The position numbers were made by a program, and so were the translations under genes. A stretch of 51,446 nucleotides of DNA. Origin: an uncultured Gammaproteobacteria bacterium (GTDB taxonomy: Bacteria > Patescibacteriota > Microgenomatia > UBA1406 > HO2-37-13b). Location of the stretch: contig CAYZCU010000001.1 of the NCBI GenBank assembly GCA_964477065.1, positions 26,042-77,487 on the forward strand, in the 5' to 3' direction. Below are positions 25,266 through 34,281 of this stretch, piece after piece. Within the stretch, counting starts at the first letter, position 1. Each line of letters begins with the position of its first letter. The notes under the pieces were generated by a model. The model was not told the origin of the DNA and searched no databases. It saw nothing but the letters and a program-made list of their open reading frames with translations.

Positions 25266-25936
25266 AGTACCTCACCCAAGCCCTCCTCGAGCTCATATTG
25301 ATGCTTGTGCACTTTCCGCTGAGCCTCACGCTTCTCTTCATCAATTGGGATCCCAAACCGGGGGCAACAAACAAACCTACGATTATCCTTGTGGAGCGCT
25401 GGATAAAGCGAAATCCCCTTCACATTTTCATGAAGAGATACTTTGAAAAGCATGGTTACACGGTTCATAGCATCAATTTTCCGATGCTTTCAGGTTCATT
25501 CCCTGAGTCAGCACAACAGCTCCATGACTACATCACATCGCATGCGCTCAATGACGTCATCCTCATCGGTCTGAGCAATGGAGGCTTAACGTGTTATGAA
25601 TATCTTGAAAATTATGATGGCTGGCAGAAGGCTGGCTTGCTTATTACTGTTGGAAGCCCATTTGGTGGGGCAATTCGGGCGCATCTGCTCTATGGAACAC
25701 AGGTAAAGCAGGATATTGATCCGCATGGTACATATATCAAAAAAATTCGAGCTATTTCTTCAAGACATCTTGACCAGATCTACTGCATTGGGGCAAAGGT
25801 TGATCAGATGGTAGGAAATGAGCAAAGTTATCTTCCAGGAGCGCACCGGATCAACATTGATGTCATCGGGCACAACCTTTTGCATACGATTTGGAGGCCA
25901 ACCTTTGATACAATCAATATGATAATAACTACTTAA
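25262..25936 (+). CDS. alpha/beta-hydrolase (lipase/esterase-like)
   Basis: VILIGLSNGG (GxSxG nucleophile elbow), C-terminal D and H candidates. ATGA overlap with the upstream gene. Confidence 0.55.
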   Translation: MKYLTQALLELILMLVHFPLSLTLLFINWDPKPGATNKPTIILVERWIKRNPLHIFMKRYFEKHGYTVHSINFPMLSGSFPESAQQLHDYITSHALNDVILIGLSNGGLTCYEYLENYDGWQKAGLLITVGSPFGGAIRAHLLYGTQVKQDIDPHGTYIKKIRAISSRHLDQIYCIGAKVDQMVGNEQSYLPGAHRINIDVIGHNLLHTIWRPTFDTINMIITT

Positions 25937-25937
25937 T

Positions 25938-26243
25938 ATGATTACACTTGTCCTACCAATTTTTGCATTCTATATGATGGCATTCGGACTACTTATGTCA
26001 TATGGGCTTTATAATTCAGATGTATGGTTTATTGGAGGTATATATTATGCGGGCATCTTTATAATTGTATCAGTGATATCTATAGGAATATATTCACTCC
26101 TAAATTTAATGGTGACCAAAGGGTTTCATAAGTCTGTGTCAAGAAGATCTCACAAGATTTACATATCATGCATGCTTCTTGGAATTAATTCAGCAACAAT
26201 TCTGTTTCTTGTATTTCTAGTTTGGCAATTGTTCGCTGCGTAA
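25938..26243 (+). CDS. hypothetical 3-TM membrane protein
   Basis: Hydrophobic segments only; tightly follows the hydrolase gene. Confidence 0.4.
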   Translation: MITLVLPIFAFYMMAFGLLMSYGLYNSDVWFIGGIYYAGIFIIVSVISIGIYSLLNLMVTKGFHKSVSRRSHKIYISCMLLGINSATILFLVFLVWQLFAA

Positions 26244-26258
26244 GTCGCTCAATTTTAA

Positions 26259-26909
26259 TCACCGCATCCCAACATGCTCCTTCAGCCCTGCGATAAACTC
26301 ATGCTTTCCACCATGTGAGGGATGTCTGATTTTGGGCACATCATAGCCGAGACTGTCAAGGGATGCTTTTGCCTGATTACCAACAGCGATGATCTTTGAA
26401 ATATCAAACAGACGAATAATTTCTTGCAAGAATGGTTTACCCAGCTCCAATTCTACTGAAGTTGGCGCACGATTAGACAGATCAGAATCGCCAAATGGAT
26501 GAAATGGTAATGCCCCCCAGATCAGGGGGACACGCGATACATCCGACATTGCTCCCCACACGATTGTTGCAGAGGGCTCCTTCCACATTTTATCCGGAAA
26601 TTCCGAACTCTTTGCGTATCCGCGAGCTGATCCAAACATATCGATCTCTGGAATGCCCTGCAACATAATATACTCACTCATAAATGGCACCCCCGTTTGG
26701 CGAGTGCCTTGATAGCCCGGAGCTTCTCCAACAAGGAGCGTATCTGGTTTTTGTGAAGCCATCTCTGTGAGATACAAACGGAGGTTGTTTCGACGAATGG
26801 CATTGTCAGACGCATGTTGGCCTTCTGAAGCATAGTGGTTGAAAGCTCGATCCGGTCGTGTTCGTGCAAGAGAGTCAATGAACGCATCGATGTCAGAGGT
26901 CTGGATCAT
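26259..26909 (-). CDS. uracil-DNA glycosylase superfamily protein (family 4-like motifs)
   Basis: [19 protein letters not shown] (GEAPG motif A) and IRHPSHGG (HPS motif B). ATGA overlap with the SPFH gene stop. Confidence 0.6.
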   Translation of the reverse strand: MIQTSDIDAFIDSLARTRPDRAFNHYASEGQHASDNAIRRNNLRLYLTEMASQKPDTLLVGEAPGYQGTRQTGVPFMSEYIMLQGIPEIDMFGSARGYAKSSEFPDKMWKEPSATIVWGAMSDVSRVPLIWGALPFHPFGDSDLSNRAPTSVELELGKPFLQEIIRLFDISKIIAVGNQAKASLDSLGYDVPKIRHPSHGGKHEFIAGLKEHVGMR

Positions 26910-27664
26910 TTCTTTTTGGAATCACCTTGGATCATTGAAATTGCTTCATTGACCGTGGTCATAAACTGTGCTGGAAAGATAATGGTGGAATTTTTCTCCA
27001 CACTAATGTCTGCCATCGTTTGAAGTGTGCGTAGTTGCAGTGCAACAGGATGCTTTGAAATGATATCCGCAGCTTCACCAAGTTTGACTGCTGCTTGAAA
27101 CTCTCCTTCGGCACCAACAATTTTTGCACGACGTTCGCGCTCTGCCTCAGCTTCTTTCGCCATCGCACGTTGCATATTTTCAGGCAAGAAAATATCTTTG
27201 ATCTCCACAGCAGTCACCTGCACTCCCCACGGCTCTGTATGAGAATCAATCACATCTTTGATTTTTTTATTGATCTGCGGGGTTTGAGAAAGAAGCTCAT
27301 CAAGTTTGAATTGCCCAACCACATTTCGCACGGTTGTCTGACTAATCTGATTGACCGCATCATAGACATTTTCAATGGCGATAACGGATTTTTGCGGATC
27401 AACAATGTGATAATACGCAACCGCTGCAATGTCGATCGAAACATTATCCTTTGTGATAATTTTCTGTGACGGGATATCCATCGTCACCGTGCGAAGCTGA
27501 ACCTTTGTCATCTGCTCCAAGAAAGGGATAAGGATGATAAGCCCCGGGCCACGAACACCTGTGCACTTACCAAGAAAGAAAATCACGCCTCGGTCATATT
27601 CTTTGACGACTCGAAGTGAAACAGCTGCGAGGATAAATGCTATGAAAATATAAATCGCGTACAT
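26906..27664 (-). CDS. SPFH/band-7 (stomatin/slipin-like) membrane protein
   Basis: N-terminal TM segment, [16 protein letters not shown], a PHB-domain core and a C-terminal coiled coil [16 protein letters not shown]. Start taken at ATG 27664; a TTG at 27685 is an alternative. Confidence 0.8.
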   Translation of the reverse strand: MYAIYIFIAFILAAVSLRVVKEYDRGVIFFLGKCTGVRGPGLIILIPFLEQMTKVQLRTVTMDIPSQKIITKDNVSIDIAAVAYYHIVDPQKSVIAIENVYDAVNQISQTTVRNVVGQFKLDELLSQTPQINKKIKDVIDSHTEPWGVQVTAVEIKDIFLPENMQRAMAKEAEAERERRAKIVGAEGEFQAAVKLGEAADIISKHPVALQLRTLQTMADISVEKNSTIIFPAQFMTTVNEAISMIQGDSKKK

Positions 27665-27707
27665 GGTGAAAGTATAGCAGGTCAATGTAGTGCTAGTCTA
27701 GATCCAT

Positions 27708-27923
27708 CTACAGTCTATCTGTCAATGAATTTACAGAATCTGGATCAATTGGACACTTATTGTCAATAGACCCCTTACATTTTTCCACATCATAACGACC
27801 TAAAAATTGGTCCAGCCCACGAGCTTTGAGTCGAAGAGAAGTACGCATTCCAAGTTTGCGAACTCCAAGCATTTCACCTAACTTTCTTCGAACAAATGGG
27901 CACTCACCAATACAGTTTGTCAT
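27708..27923 (-). CDS. hypothetical small Cys-rich protein (71 aa), possible helix-hairpin-helix
   Basis: MTNCIGECPFVRRKLGEMLGVRKLGMRTSLRLKARGLDQFLG... Start chosen at the ATG at 27923, 8 nt after a TATACT box. Confidence 0.35.
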   Translation of the reverse strand: MTNCIGECPFVRRKLGEMLGVRKLGMRTSLRLKARGLDQFLGRYDVEKCKGSIDNKCPIDPDSVNSLTDRL

Positions 27924-27931
27924 ATAGGGCA

Positions 27932-27937
27932 AGTATA
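27932..27937 (-). promoter_or_regulatory. -10 box TATACT, 8 nt from ATG 27923 (leaderless)
   Basis: Minus strand reads TTGTATACTtgccctatATG. Confidence 0.4.
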
Positions 27938-27967
27938 CAACTTTTCAGATAAATATCAACTCGCTCT

Positions 27968-28013
27968 GAGCTCAATCCCGATGTACAACATCGGGTGTGC
28001 AACACCCGATGTT
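27968..28013. repeat. nested-palindrome element, copy d (with GAGCTCAAT flank)
   Basis: GAGCTCAATCCCGATGTACAACATCGGGTGTGCAACACCCGATGTT. Its last base overlaps the TAA stop of the SGNH gene (28013..28015). Confidence 0.85.
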
Positions 28014-28657
28014 TACACCGCACGAATTTTCTCCGTCAGCGCTTCTCCTAATTTTCTGTTCGCTTCTTCATCCAAATGAATGCCATCAACATCTGAAATC
28101 GTCACGTAGGGAGCACTGTTAAAATAAGCAAGATTTTTTTCAGCAGTATACTTTTCTACAAGAGGAGCAAGTTCGAGAAGTTTCGCACGCGCACCTTTGA
28201 AAAATTCACCAAAAGCCTTAATTGATGCTTCTTCATTGATTGGAGGAGCAGATACAAGCATAATTTTTGGAACAGTAAAGCCGAGATGATCAGCCCACCA
28301 ATTGACCTTCTCAAGATATCCATCATAACCAGCGACAATCTGCGCCGGTGATTTGCCAGCGCCATTATTTGCATCATTTGTACCAAGGAAAAGGACTATC
28401 AGATCCAAGGGTAGATGACTGCCCAGAATCGCCCCAAATTGCTCAGCGCCATTTCTATATGGAAAATACGGATTTTCGCCTTCAAGCATTCTGCCCCGCA
28501 ACCCTTCCTCAATAATATTGTATTCAACACCAAGAATAGTTTGCATGACTCCTGTGAAGCGGACATCGGCAGGATGTCGCAGTCCACCGGGTATTTTCCC
28601 AAAGGTGTAGGAGTCACCAAAGATCAGGATGTTTTTCGCAGTTGGCCGTGTATTCAT
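28013..28657 (-). CDS. SGNH/GDSL hydrolase (esterase/lipase)
   Basis: ILIFGDSYTFG (block I), LGTNDA (block III), DGIHLD (block V, DxxH). Confidence 0.8.
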   Translation of the reverse strand: MNTRPTAKNILIFGDSYTFGKIPGGLRHPADVRFTGVMQTILGVEYNIIEEGLRGRMLEGENPYFPYRNGAEQFGAILGSHLPLDLIVLFLGTNDANNGAGKSPAQIVAGYDGYLEKVNWWADHLGFTVPKIMLVSAPPINEEASIKAFGEFFKGARAKLLELAPLVEKYTAEKNLAYFNSAPYVTISDVDGIHLDEEANRKLGEALTEKIRAV

Positions 28658-28682
28658 ATATGCGTGTGGTTCTCAGACGAGA

Positions 28683-28985
28683 TCATTTTTTTGCCCAACG
28701 CGTAATGTAAACGCCATAAAGCAACAAGCCAAGGATTACGATAAACATGAGACTTTCTACAATCACCTCTGACCATAGCACCATTCCTAAACCAACAAAG
28801 ATCATTTTTGTTGGTAGTACTTTTGGTTTGCGAAGGCTTATGCTAACACCAACGAGGGCAAGAAGCGATCCGATTATCATCATCAGACCAACTGTCGGAC
28901 TCCCCCCTAGACTATTCATCCACCCTGCAAAGAGAAAAAATAACGATATCAAAAATACAGCAAGATCTACAAGTTGTTTTTTCAT
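28683..28985 (-). CDS. hypothetical 3-TM membrane protein
   Basis: Hydrophobic ORF with no recognisable motif. Confidence 0.4.
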   Translation of the reverse strand: MKKQLVDLAVFLISLFFLFAGWMNSLGGSPTVGLMMIIGSLLALVGVSISLRKPKVLPTKMIFVGLGMVLWSEVIVESLMFIVILGLLLYGVYITRWAKK

Positions 28986-29122
28986 AGTAATTGCTAAATC
29001 AAGTAATAGCTTAGTCTAGGCTATAGTTATATCTTTTGCAATATTGAATAAAATTGTATAGTTATTTCGGACTTTCCTAAAGGGCCATTCCGTAAGTGAA
29101 AAACTATACGACACTGCGATTC

Positions 29123-29168
29123 GAGCTCAATCCCGATGTACAACATCGGGTGTGCAACACCCGAAGTT
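29123..29168. repeat. nested-palindrome element, copy e (with GAGCTCAAT flank)
   Basis: GAGCTCAATCCCGATGTACAACATCGGGTGTGCAACACCCGAAGTT, ending 6 nt before the tspO -10 box. Confidence 0.85.
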
Positions 29169-29174
29169 GTTTTG

Positions 29175-29180
29175 TATACT
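29175..29180 (+). promoter_or_regulatory. -10 box TATACT, 6 nt from ATG 29187 (leaderless tspO)
   Basis: GAAGTTGTTTTGTATACTgaaaccATG. Confidence 0.5.
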
Positions 29181-29186
29181 GAAACC

Positions 29187-29585
29187 ATGGACAACGCCTA
29201 CCAGTGGTACTCAACCCTCATCCGCCCGGCATGGGCACCGCCGAGTTGGCTTTTTGGCCCTGTGTGGACAGTGCTCTATACTGGCATAGCCATATCATTC
29301 GGACGCGTTTTTTATCTTGCATGGAAGAAAAAACTGCCGTCTCGCATCGCTTTACCCTTTGCACTCAATCTGTTGGCAAATTTTTCATTTACACCACTTC
29401 AATTTGGACTCAAGAACAACCTCCTCGCCGCCATCGACATCTTGCTTGTCCTCGTCACGTTGATCTGGGCAATGAAAGCTATTTACAAGCGCGTGCGCTG
29501 GATTGCGCTGATGCAGATTCCGTATCTTCTCTGGGTGAGCTTTGCAACAGTTTTGCAACTTACAATCACCTATCTCAACCTGTAG
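29187..29585 (+). CDS. tspO: TspO/MBR tryptophan-rich sensory protein
   Basis: WYSTLIRPAWAPPSWLFGPVWTVLYTGIA..., 5 TM segments. Start reset to MDNAYQ because the tracked extension reads through repeat copy e. Confidence 0.85.
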   Translation: MDNAYQWYSTLIRPAWAPPSWLFGPVWTVLYTGIAISFGRVFYLAWKKKLPSRIALPFALNLLANFSFTPLQFGLKNNLLAAIDILLVLVTLIWAMKAIYKRVRWIALMQIPYLLWVSFATVLQLTITYLNL

Positions 29586-29588
29586 CAT

Positions 29589-30098
29589 ATGTCCTCACGC
29601 ACCATACACGTCAATGATCTGATGCAAAAGAATTATTCCTACACGTGCAGTGCGCCGATGGGGGCAGATTTTGATCCGCGATTCCGCCCTCAGCTCACCC
29701 CCAAGGAAATGCTTGAGCGCGGAGTGTTTGGCGGAAAATACATGACAGATTGCATGGCCGAATTTCCTGCAGATTGGTTCACACATGCGAAACTTTGCCC
29801 TGAGAAGCATGATCCAGCTCTGAACGAATTTGGCGTCAATGCAAGCCAACAACTTTCGGTCTGGCAAGCGAAAGGCTGGATTTATAAGGATGATCCCCGA
29901 GGATGGTTTCAATGGTACTGTCGGTACTTTATGGGGAGGCGCATTCCAGAGGAGGATGACAGGCAAATCAAAAGGTGGCTGGCGATGAAGCGACACATTT
30001 CACAAATTCGCAAAAACTGCGCACCGGGAGACTCATCATGCCGGCCAAAACAGAGACAAGCTCTTCTTCACTGGGCTTATAATAGTAGGAAGATGTGA
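29589..30098 (+). CDS. conserved hypothetical cytoplasmic protein
   Basis: GWFQWYCRYFMGRRIPEEDDRQIKRWLAMKRH looks like a widely conserved uncharacterised family. I cannot name the family from memory. Confidence 0.45.
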   Translation: MSSRTIHVNDLMQKNYSYTCSAPMGADFDPRFRPQLTPKEMLERGVFGGKYMTDCMAEFPADWFTHAKLCPEKHDPALNEFGVNASQQLSVWQAKGWIYKDDPRGWFQWYCRYFMGRRIPEEDDRQIKRWLAMKRHISQIRKNCAPGDSSCRPKQRQALLHWAYNSRKM

Positions 30099-30137
30099 AG
30101 AGCCACTGCTACAATCTGAAAAAACTTTTATAGTAAG

Positions 30138-30596
30138 CTAGGATATTCCTTTTTTATGTCCCTTGAGCTTGGTGAATCCGTATGCAACACCAGCACCGAC
30201 AACACCCGCAACAATATCACGAGCGTCAGGCGTACGAGTTCCAGTATTCACAACTGGATGGATGTACTGGTCAATTTCAAGCGCTGTATTGAGAGCTATT
30301 GCTGCCGCCGCAGATACTCTTGGACTTGTCCCCAAAACCGCTCTCATAAAATGGTAACTTAAATATGATCCTGTAGCTGGTGCACCATATGACTCTAAAA
30401 ACCGTGTAAGCATATCTGCACGGGTTCCGATGTAAACAATAGCTGAAGTGAGAAGTCCCATTAACTGGAGACTGTTCAATTTTTCATAATTGCCCAGTAC
30501 CAACGAAATTTCCCTTTCCCCCAACTTGTAGCTTACAAGCACTCCAGCGCTTTCTTTGTCTGTAGAAACAACGTGTCCTTGTTGATCATTTTCCAT
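30138..30596 (-). CDS. hypothetical protein
   Basis: 152-aa ORF with a Gly/Ala-rich C-terminal hydrophobic segment. No motif recognised. Confidence 0.35.
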   Translation of the reverse strand: MENDQQGHVVSTDKESAGVLVSYKLGEREISLVLGNYEKLNSLQLMGLLTSAIVYIGTRADMLTRFLESYGAPATGSYLSYHFMRAVLGTSPRVSAAAAIALNTALEIDQYIHPVVNTGTRTPDARDIVAGVVGAGVAYGFTKLKGHKKGIS

Positions 30597-30631
30597 AATG
30601 TAGTAGTTGATGAATGGATATGTAGCGCGAT

Positions 30632-31534
30632 CTACTCTCCCTCAAAGGCCTTTTGCAACGTCGCAAGGTCAAATTTCTTCATAGACAAAAAAGCTTTTGT
30701 TACCCGGCCGACCTGTTTGGACGTACCCGTGCTCATCAATTCATTCATAGCTTTCGGGACAATCTGCCAGGAGACGCCATAGGCATCCTTGAGCCAACCG
30801 CACTGCTCTGACTCCGGGACTGCACTCAGAGACCAAAAATGATCGACTTCTGCTTGATCCTCACACGAAACAATAAATGAAATGCCTTCGTTGAATGAAA
30901 ACTCATGTTTATGCGCACTATCCATTGCTACAAACCACTGATTATCCAGCATGAAATCTGTAAACATGATGGACCCCTCTGCATCGGGTTCCATACCTGC
31001 TGGATAGCGAGCAATAGCCCCGCGGTGAGAATCTTTGAACAAAGAAATATAGTGATCTGTCGCCTCCTCAGTTTTGCCACATACATCACCCGTGAAAAGC
31101 AAAGCCGGCATGATTGTAGGACGTTCTTCACCATCCGGCCTCGTGAGAATCAATTGCCATGAAATGCCATACTTGTCTTCAACCCATCCGTATTTTTCGC
31201 TAAACGGATACGTATCAAGAGGCATGAGCGCTTTCCCACCATCGAGAAGTTTGCCCCACATTTTTTCAAGTTGCTCCTGCGCATCTGAATGACGTGATGG
31301 ATCAAAATTCACCATGAATGAAATTGATGGATTGGTTTTGAAATATGGCCCAGCACTGATACTCATAAACGAGTATCCCCAGAGGGTAAAGTTGACGATA
31401 TCACAATCCCCCGAAGGCGTGTCGTGAATCGTGTTAATGGAATCAATACGAGATTCAGGGAAAACAGATGTGTAAAACTCAGCTGATTCTTTGGCCTGCT
31501 TGTCAAACCAAAGGTGCGGAGTTATTTTTTGCAT
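30632..31534 (-). CDS. tandem PhnB/YjdN-like VOC-superfamily protein (3-demethylubiquinone-9 3-methyltransferase-domain type)
   Basis: MQKITPHLWFDKQAKESAEFYTSVF is the typical N-terminus. A second repeat carries ...CGWLKDAYGVSWQIVP. Start at ATG 31534. Confidence 0.65.
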   Translation of the reverse strand: MQKITPHLWFDKQAKESAEFYTSVFPESRIDSINTIHDTPSGDCDIVNFTLWGYSFMSISAGPYFKTNPSISFMVNFDPSRHSDAQEQLEKMWGKLLDGGKALMPLDTYPFSEKYGWVEDKYGISWQLILTRPDGEERPTIMPALLFTGDVCGKTEEATDHYISLFKDSHRGAIARYPAGMEPDAEGSIMFTDFMLDNQWFVAMDSAHKHEFSFNEGISFIVSCEDQAEVDHFWSLSAVPESEQCGWLKDAYGVSWQIVPKAMNELMSTGTSKQVGRVTKAFLSMKKFDLATLQKAFEGE

Positions 31535-31540
31535 AGAAAT

Positions 31541-31549
31541 AGTGTAGCA
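31541..31549 (-). promoter_or_regulatory. extended -10 TGcTACACT, 6 nt from ATG 31534 (leaderless)
   Basis: Minus strand reads TGCTACACTatttctATG. Confidence 0.45.
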
Positions 31550-31552
31550 CAA

Positions 31553-32050
31553 TTATCGGACAAGATGCCCCATCACCTCTGATGCCTCAATCACATCTAA
31601 CACATTTTGCAACTGACCCGGAAAAAGCAAATGTCCCTCTAGGTCGCTTACAGGTACCCACTTATATTGACGAAGTTCTGCATCCTGAATAACAATATCG
31701 GCATCTTCTCCAACAAATCGGACAAGAAATTGTGTTTGATGTTGCCCACGAAATGGTCGCCCCTCTGCAATGACACGGACCAAAACGTCATCTGGAAAAT
31801 CATATATGTTTTCAATCCCCGATTGCTCAAGAATGTCAAATTTGTCTGTCCCAAGCTCTTCAAGCAGTTCTCGCAAGATGCCTTCCTGCGGACTCTCTCC
31901 CGGTTCGATACCACCTCCAGGAAGATTCCATTCATCGTCATTGTAAGAATGTGTCTGAACGAGAAGAATATGATCATCACTGTTAAAAATAATCGCGTTT
32001 GATTTTTTGCGATATGGGAGGGTGGATCTGTCTGGAAGGGTGGTGGACAT
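31553..32050 (-). CDS. NUDIX hydrolase
   Basis: Nudix box GGGIEPGESPQEGILRELLEELG. Confidence 0.85.
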   Translation of the reverse strand: MSTTLPDRSTLPYRKKSNAIIFNSDDHILLVQTHSYNDDEWNLPGGGIEPGESPQEGILRELLEELGTDKFDILEQSGIENIYDFPDDVLVRVIAEGRPFRGQHQTQFLVRFVGEDADIVIQDAELRQYKWVPVSDLEGHLLFPGQLQNVLDVIEASEVMGHLVR

Positions 32051-32056
32051 AAAGAT

Positions 32057-32617
32057 TTATAAATTTGTGTGTTCGGACTGCTTCACGCGCACTGTCTCCG
32101 TCATCGTGTGTGTACTGACATAGGCAAGCGCATCGACGTCAGGATCATACAGCTCGATCATGTCAAGATCTGGTCGGTTTGGCAAGATACGGGCTCCAGT
32201 GATCACTCTCCCATCAATCATTTCTTGTTTAGTCTTGAGATATTCAGCCTGCTCCATATAAAAATCAACATCTCCAACATGATGGCGATAAGGATCTGGC
32301 TTACGAATATACAGATACATGTATGTCGTTTCGGGGATGTCTCCTTGCGACGGAACAATGATTGGTTCATGCAGTCGAAAATATTTCTGATGCAGATTAT
32401 CAGACTCCTCCGTCAGCTCTTTTCGCATGTTTGTCAGATAAACATATTCATCATCATAATGACAAAACACCCCCATATTTCCAGCATTTGGGAAATACAT
32501 TCCAAAGGATTGTTTACAGAGCTGATGACATGAAAAATGTATGTGTGAAATAGCCTCAAGAAGGGATTCCTTTGTTGTGATTGGGCTGAATCGATAGGAT
32601 CTTAATTGGTATTGCAT
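32057..32617 (-). CDS. hypothetical protein (186 aa)
   Basis: Long ORF packed between the OCD-like and Nudix genes. His/Tyr/Asp-rich, no motif recognised. Confidence 0.4.
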   Translation of the reverse strand: MQYQLRSYRFSPITTKESLLEAISHIHFSCHQLCKQSFGMYFPNAGNMGVFCHYDDEYVYLTNMRKELTEESDNLHQKYFRLHEPIIVPSQGDIPETTYMYLYIRKPDPYRHHVGDVDFYMEQAEYLKTKQEMIDGRVITGARILPNRPDLDMIELYDPDVDALAYVSTHTMTETVRVKQSEHTNL

Positions 32618-32636
32618 AGATAGCTTTCACTTCTCC

Positions 32637-33527
32637 TCACTCCTGCATTATCAATTTCAACGTCGCGACATTTTGCATGGGCGTACCCGTACTTCGGAAG
32701 ACCGTATATGCTTTATCCGATACATCAATACTCCCCTCAATGACATCTTTCAAATAGTGAACATTTTCTTTTTTTAAGATACCTTTTTCATGAGCAGCTT
32801 TCAAATCACTGACAAAATTGATTGAGTCCTCCCAGTCAGTAATAATATGCCCTGTATCAGTATTAAGCACATCATTTTCAAGCTCTCCATGATCTGAGGT
32901 TGTTCTGTAAGATGTGATAATTGCACCTTTTTTTATCTTTGGAATATCGTCTGCAGTGATGATTGGATGATTCGTACTTGTATGCATTATGATGACATCA
33001 TAGAGTGAGATATCAGGGGTTTTGACATAGACCGCATTGACGCCACATTCTGATGCAAATTGAATAAATGGATCTACATTTCCCGATGCATTAACAATAT
33101 CAACTGTCTCAAGATCAGGAAAAATTTCTTTGAGATACCGCAATGAACAGCGTGATATTTTGCCAGTCCCATAGATAATGATTCGCTTCTCTCGTAAGCT
33201 CTTAACGCCCAGTATCTGAAGGAGCAATGCATCCATGACTCCCGTGCGCTTATCTGCATATTCAGTAAAATCTATGTTGAGTTCAACTTTCCCATCACAA
33301 AAAACAAGTGCTTGTTGTGGTGCTTTTTTCGAAATGGGATCGTATGGACTAGCTGTATGATAGATGCGCGGAGGATTTTCGCCACGTGGCTCAAAGATAA
33401 AATAGTTGAAATAATCACCAAGAAACGTATCCTTCAAAAAGAATTCAGGCACATATTTGTGCATTGCATATGCATCCTGATGAATGAAAACATCTTTGAT
33501 ACTGTCGATCAATTTTTGTGCCTGCAT
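32637..33527 (-). CDS. ornithine cyclodeaminase/mu-crystallin-family-like NAD(P) Rossmann protein
   Basis: IIIYGTGKISRCSLRYLKEIFPDLETVDIVN (GxGxxx Rossmann at mid-protein, as in the OCD family), about 300 aa. Assignment is tentative. Confidence 0.4.
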   Translation of the reverse strand: MQAQKLIDSIKDVFIHQDAYAMHKYVPEFFLKDTFLGDYFNYFIFEPRGENPPRIYHTASPYDPISKKAPQQALVFCDGKVELNIDFTEYADKRTGVMDALLLQILGVKSLREKRIIIYGTGKISRCSLRYLKEIFPDLETVDIVNASGNVDPFIQFASECGVNAVYVKTPDISLYDVIIMHTSTNHPIITADDIPKIKKGAIITSYRTTSDHGELENDVLNTDTGHIITDWEDSINFVSDLKAAHEKGILKKENVHYLKDVIEGSIDVSDKAYTVFRSTGTPMQNVATLKLIMQE

Positions 33528-33534
33528 AGTTGGT

Positions 33535-33543
33535 ATTATAGCA
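33535..33543 (-). promoter_or_regulatory. extended -10 TGcTATAAT, 7 nt from ATG 33527 (leaderless)
   Basis: Minus strand reads TTGCTATAATaccaactATG. Confidence 0.5.
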
Positions 33544-33571
33544 ATTTCAAACTCTACAGATATTGAGTTCG

Positions 33572-33982
33572 TTATACATGCTTCCTTGTACCCAAGTCCT
33601 GATTAAAACGTAATAGATACCCATCTGGATCTTGGACAAGTAATTCTTTATTACCAATTTCTTTATCACCCATCCTTCGCCAAACCTCTTCTATATGCTG
33701 GTATATTGCAATACCTTTGAGGGTAAGTGATTCATGCATCGATACAACATCTGAAATCTTTATTTGCAAATTTATACCTCTACCGAATGGGTACTCAAGA
33801 TCACCTGTCTCCCACCAACCATTGCGTTCATTTATCATCAAGTGACTTCCTTCTAAAGAAAGCATAGCAAATTTATCCTCAGGTCGATCATAATCTATAA
33901 CACAACCCAAAATATTTGTATAAAAGTCGAGGCTTTTTTCATAATTTGATACTAAGAGTTCTGGAATAAGTGAGCTTTTCAT
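33572..33982 (-). CDS. VOC-family (glyoxalase/bleomycin-resistance-like) protein
   Basis: LLVSNYEKSLDFYTNILG...LLVQDPDGYLLRF. Start set at MKSSLIP (33982). Confidence 0.65.
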   Translation of the reverse strand: MKSSLIPELLVSNYEKSLDFYTNILGCVIDYDRPEDKFAMLSLEGSHLMINERNGWWETGDLEYPFGRGINLQIKISDVVSMHESLTLKGIAIYQHIEEVWRRMGDKEIGNKELLVQDPDGYLLRFNQDLGTRKHV

Positions 33983-34209
33983 GAGAGTAAGTATAACAGG
34001 AGTTAAAATTTGACTGAATTGCAATCAATTATTTGAGTATCCTTTTCTTCACTGCACCTGGCACAAGACGAAATGCTCATCGATTCTCCTTTTTGTATAT
34101 CATTGGCTTGCCAAGTACTGCTGTGCACTCACGATATTTCAAGCAGTTTTGATTTGCCACCACGTGCTCTTTTGTATGAGTCCCTTTTGAAGATTTTTTT
34201 CATGAAAAG

Positions 34210-34218
34210 AGTATATCA
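34210..34218 (-). promoter_or_regulatory. extended -10 TGaTATACT, 6 nt from an ATG at 34203 (leaderless micro-ORF / start of the VOC transcript)
   Basis: Minus strand reads CCTGATATACTcttttcATG. Confidence 0.45.
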
Positions 34219-34281
34219 GGGATTCTATCGTCACAGGGGATTTTGAGACTTGCTAGCAGAGGTCGACACTGTGGGAACTTT

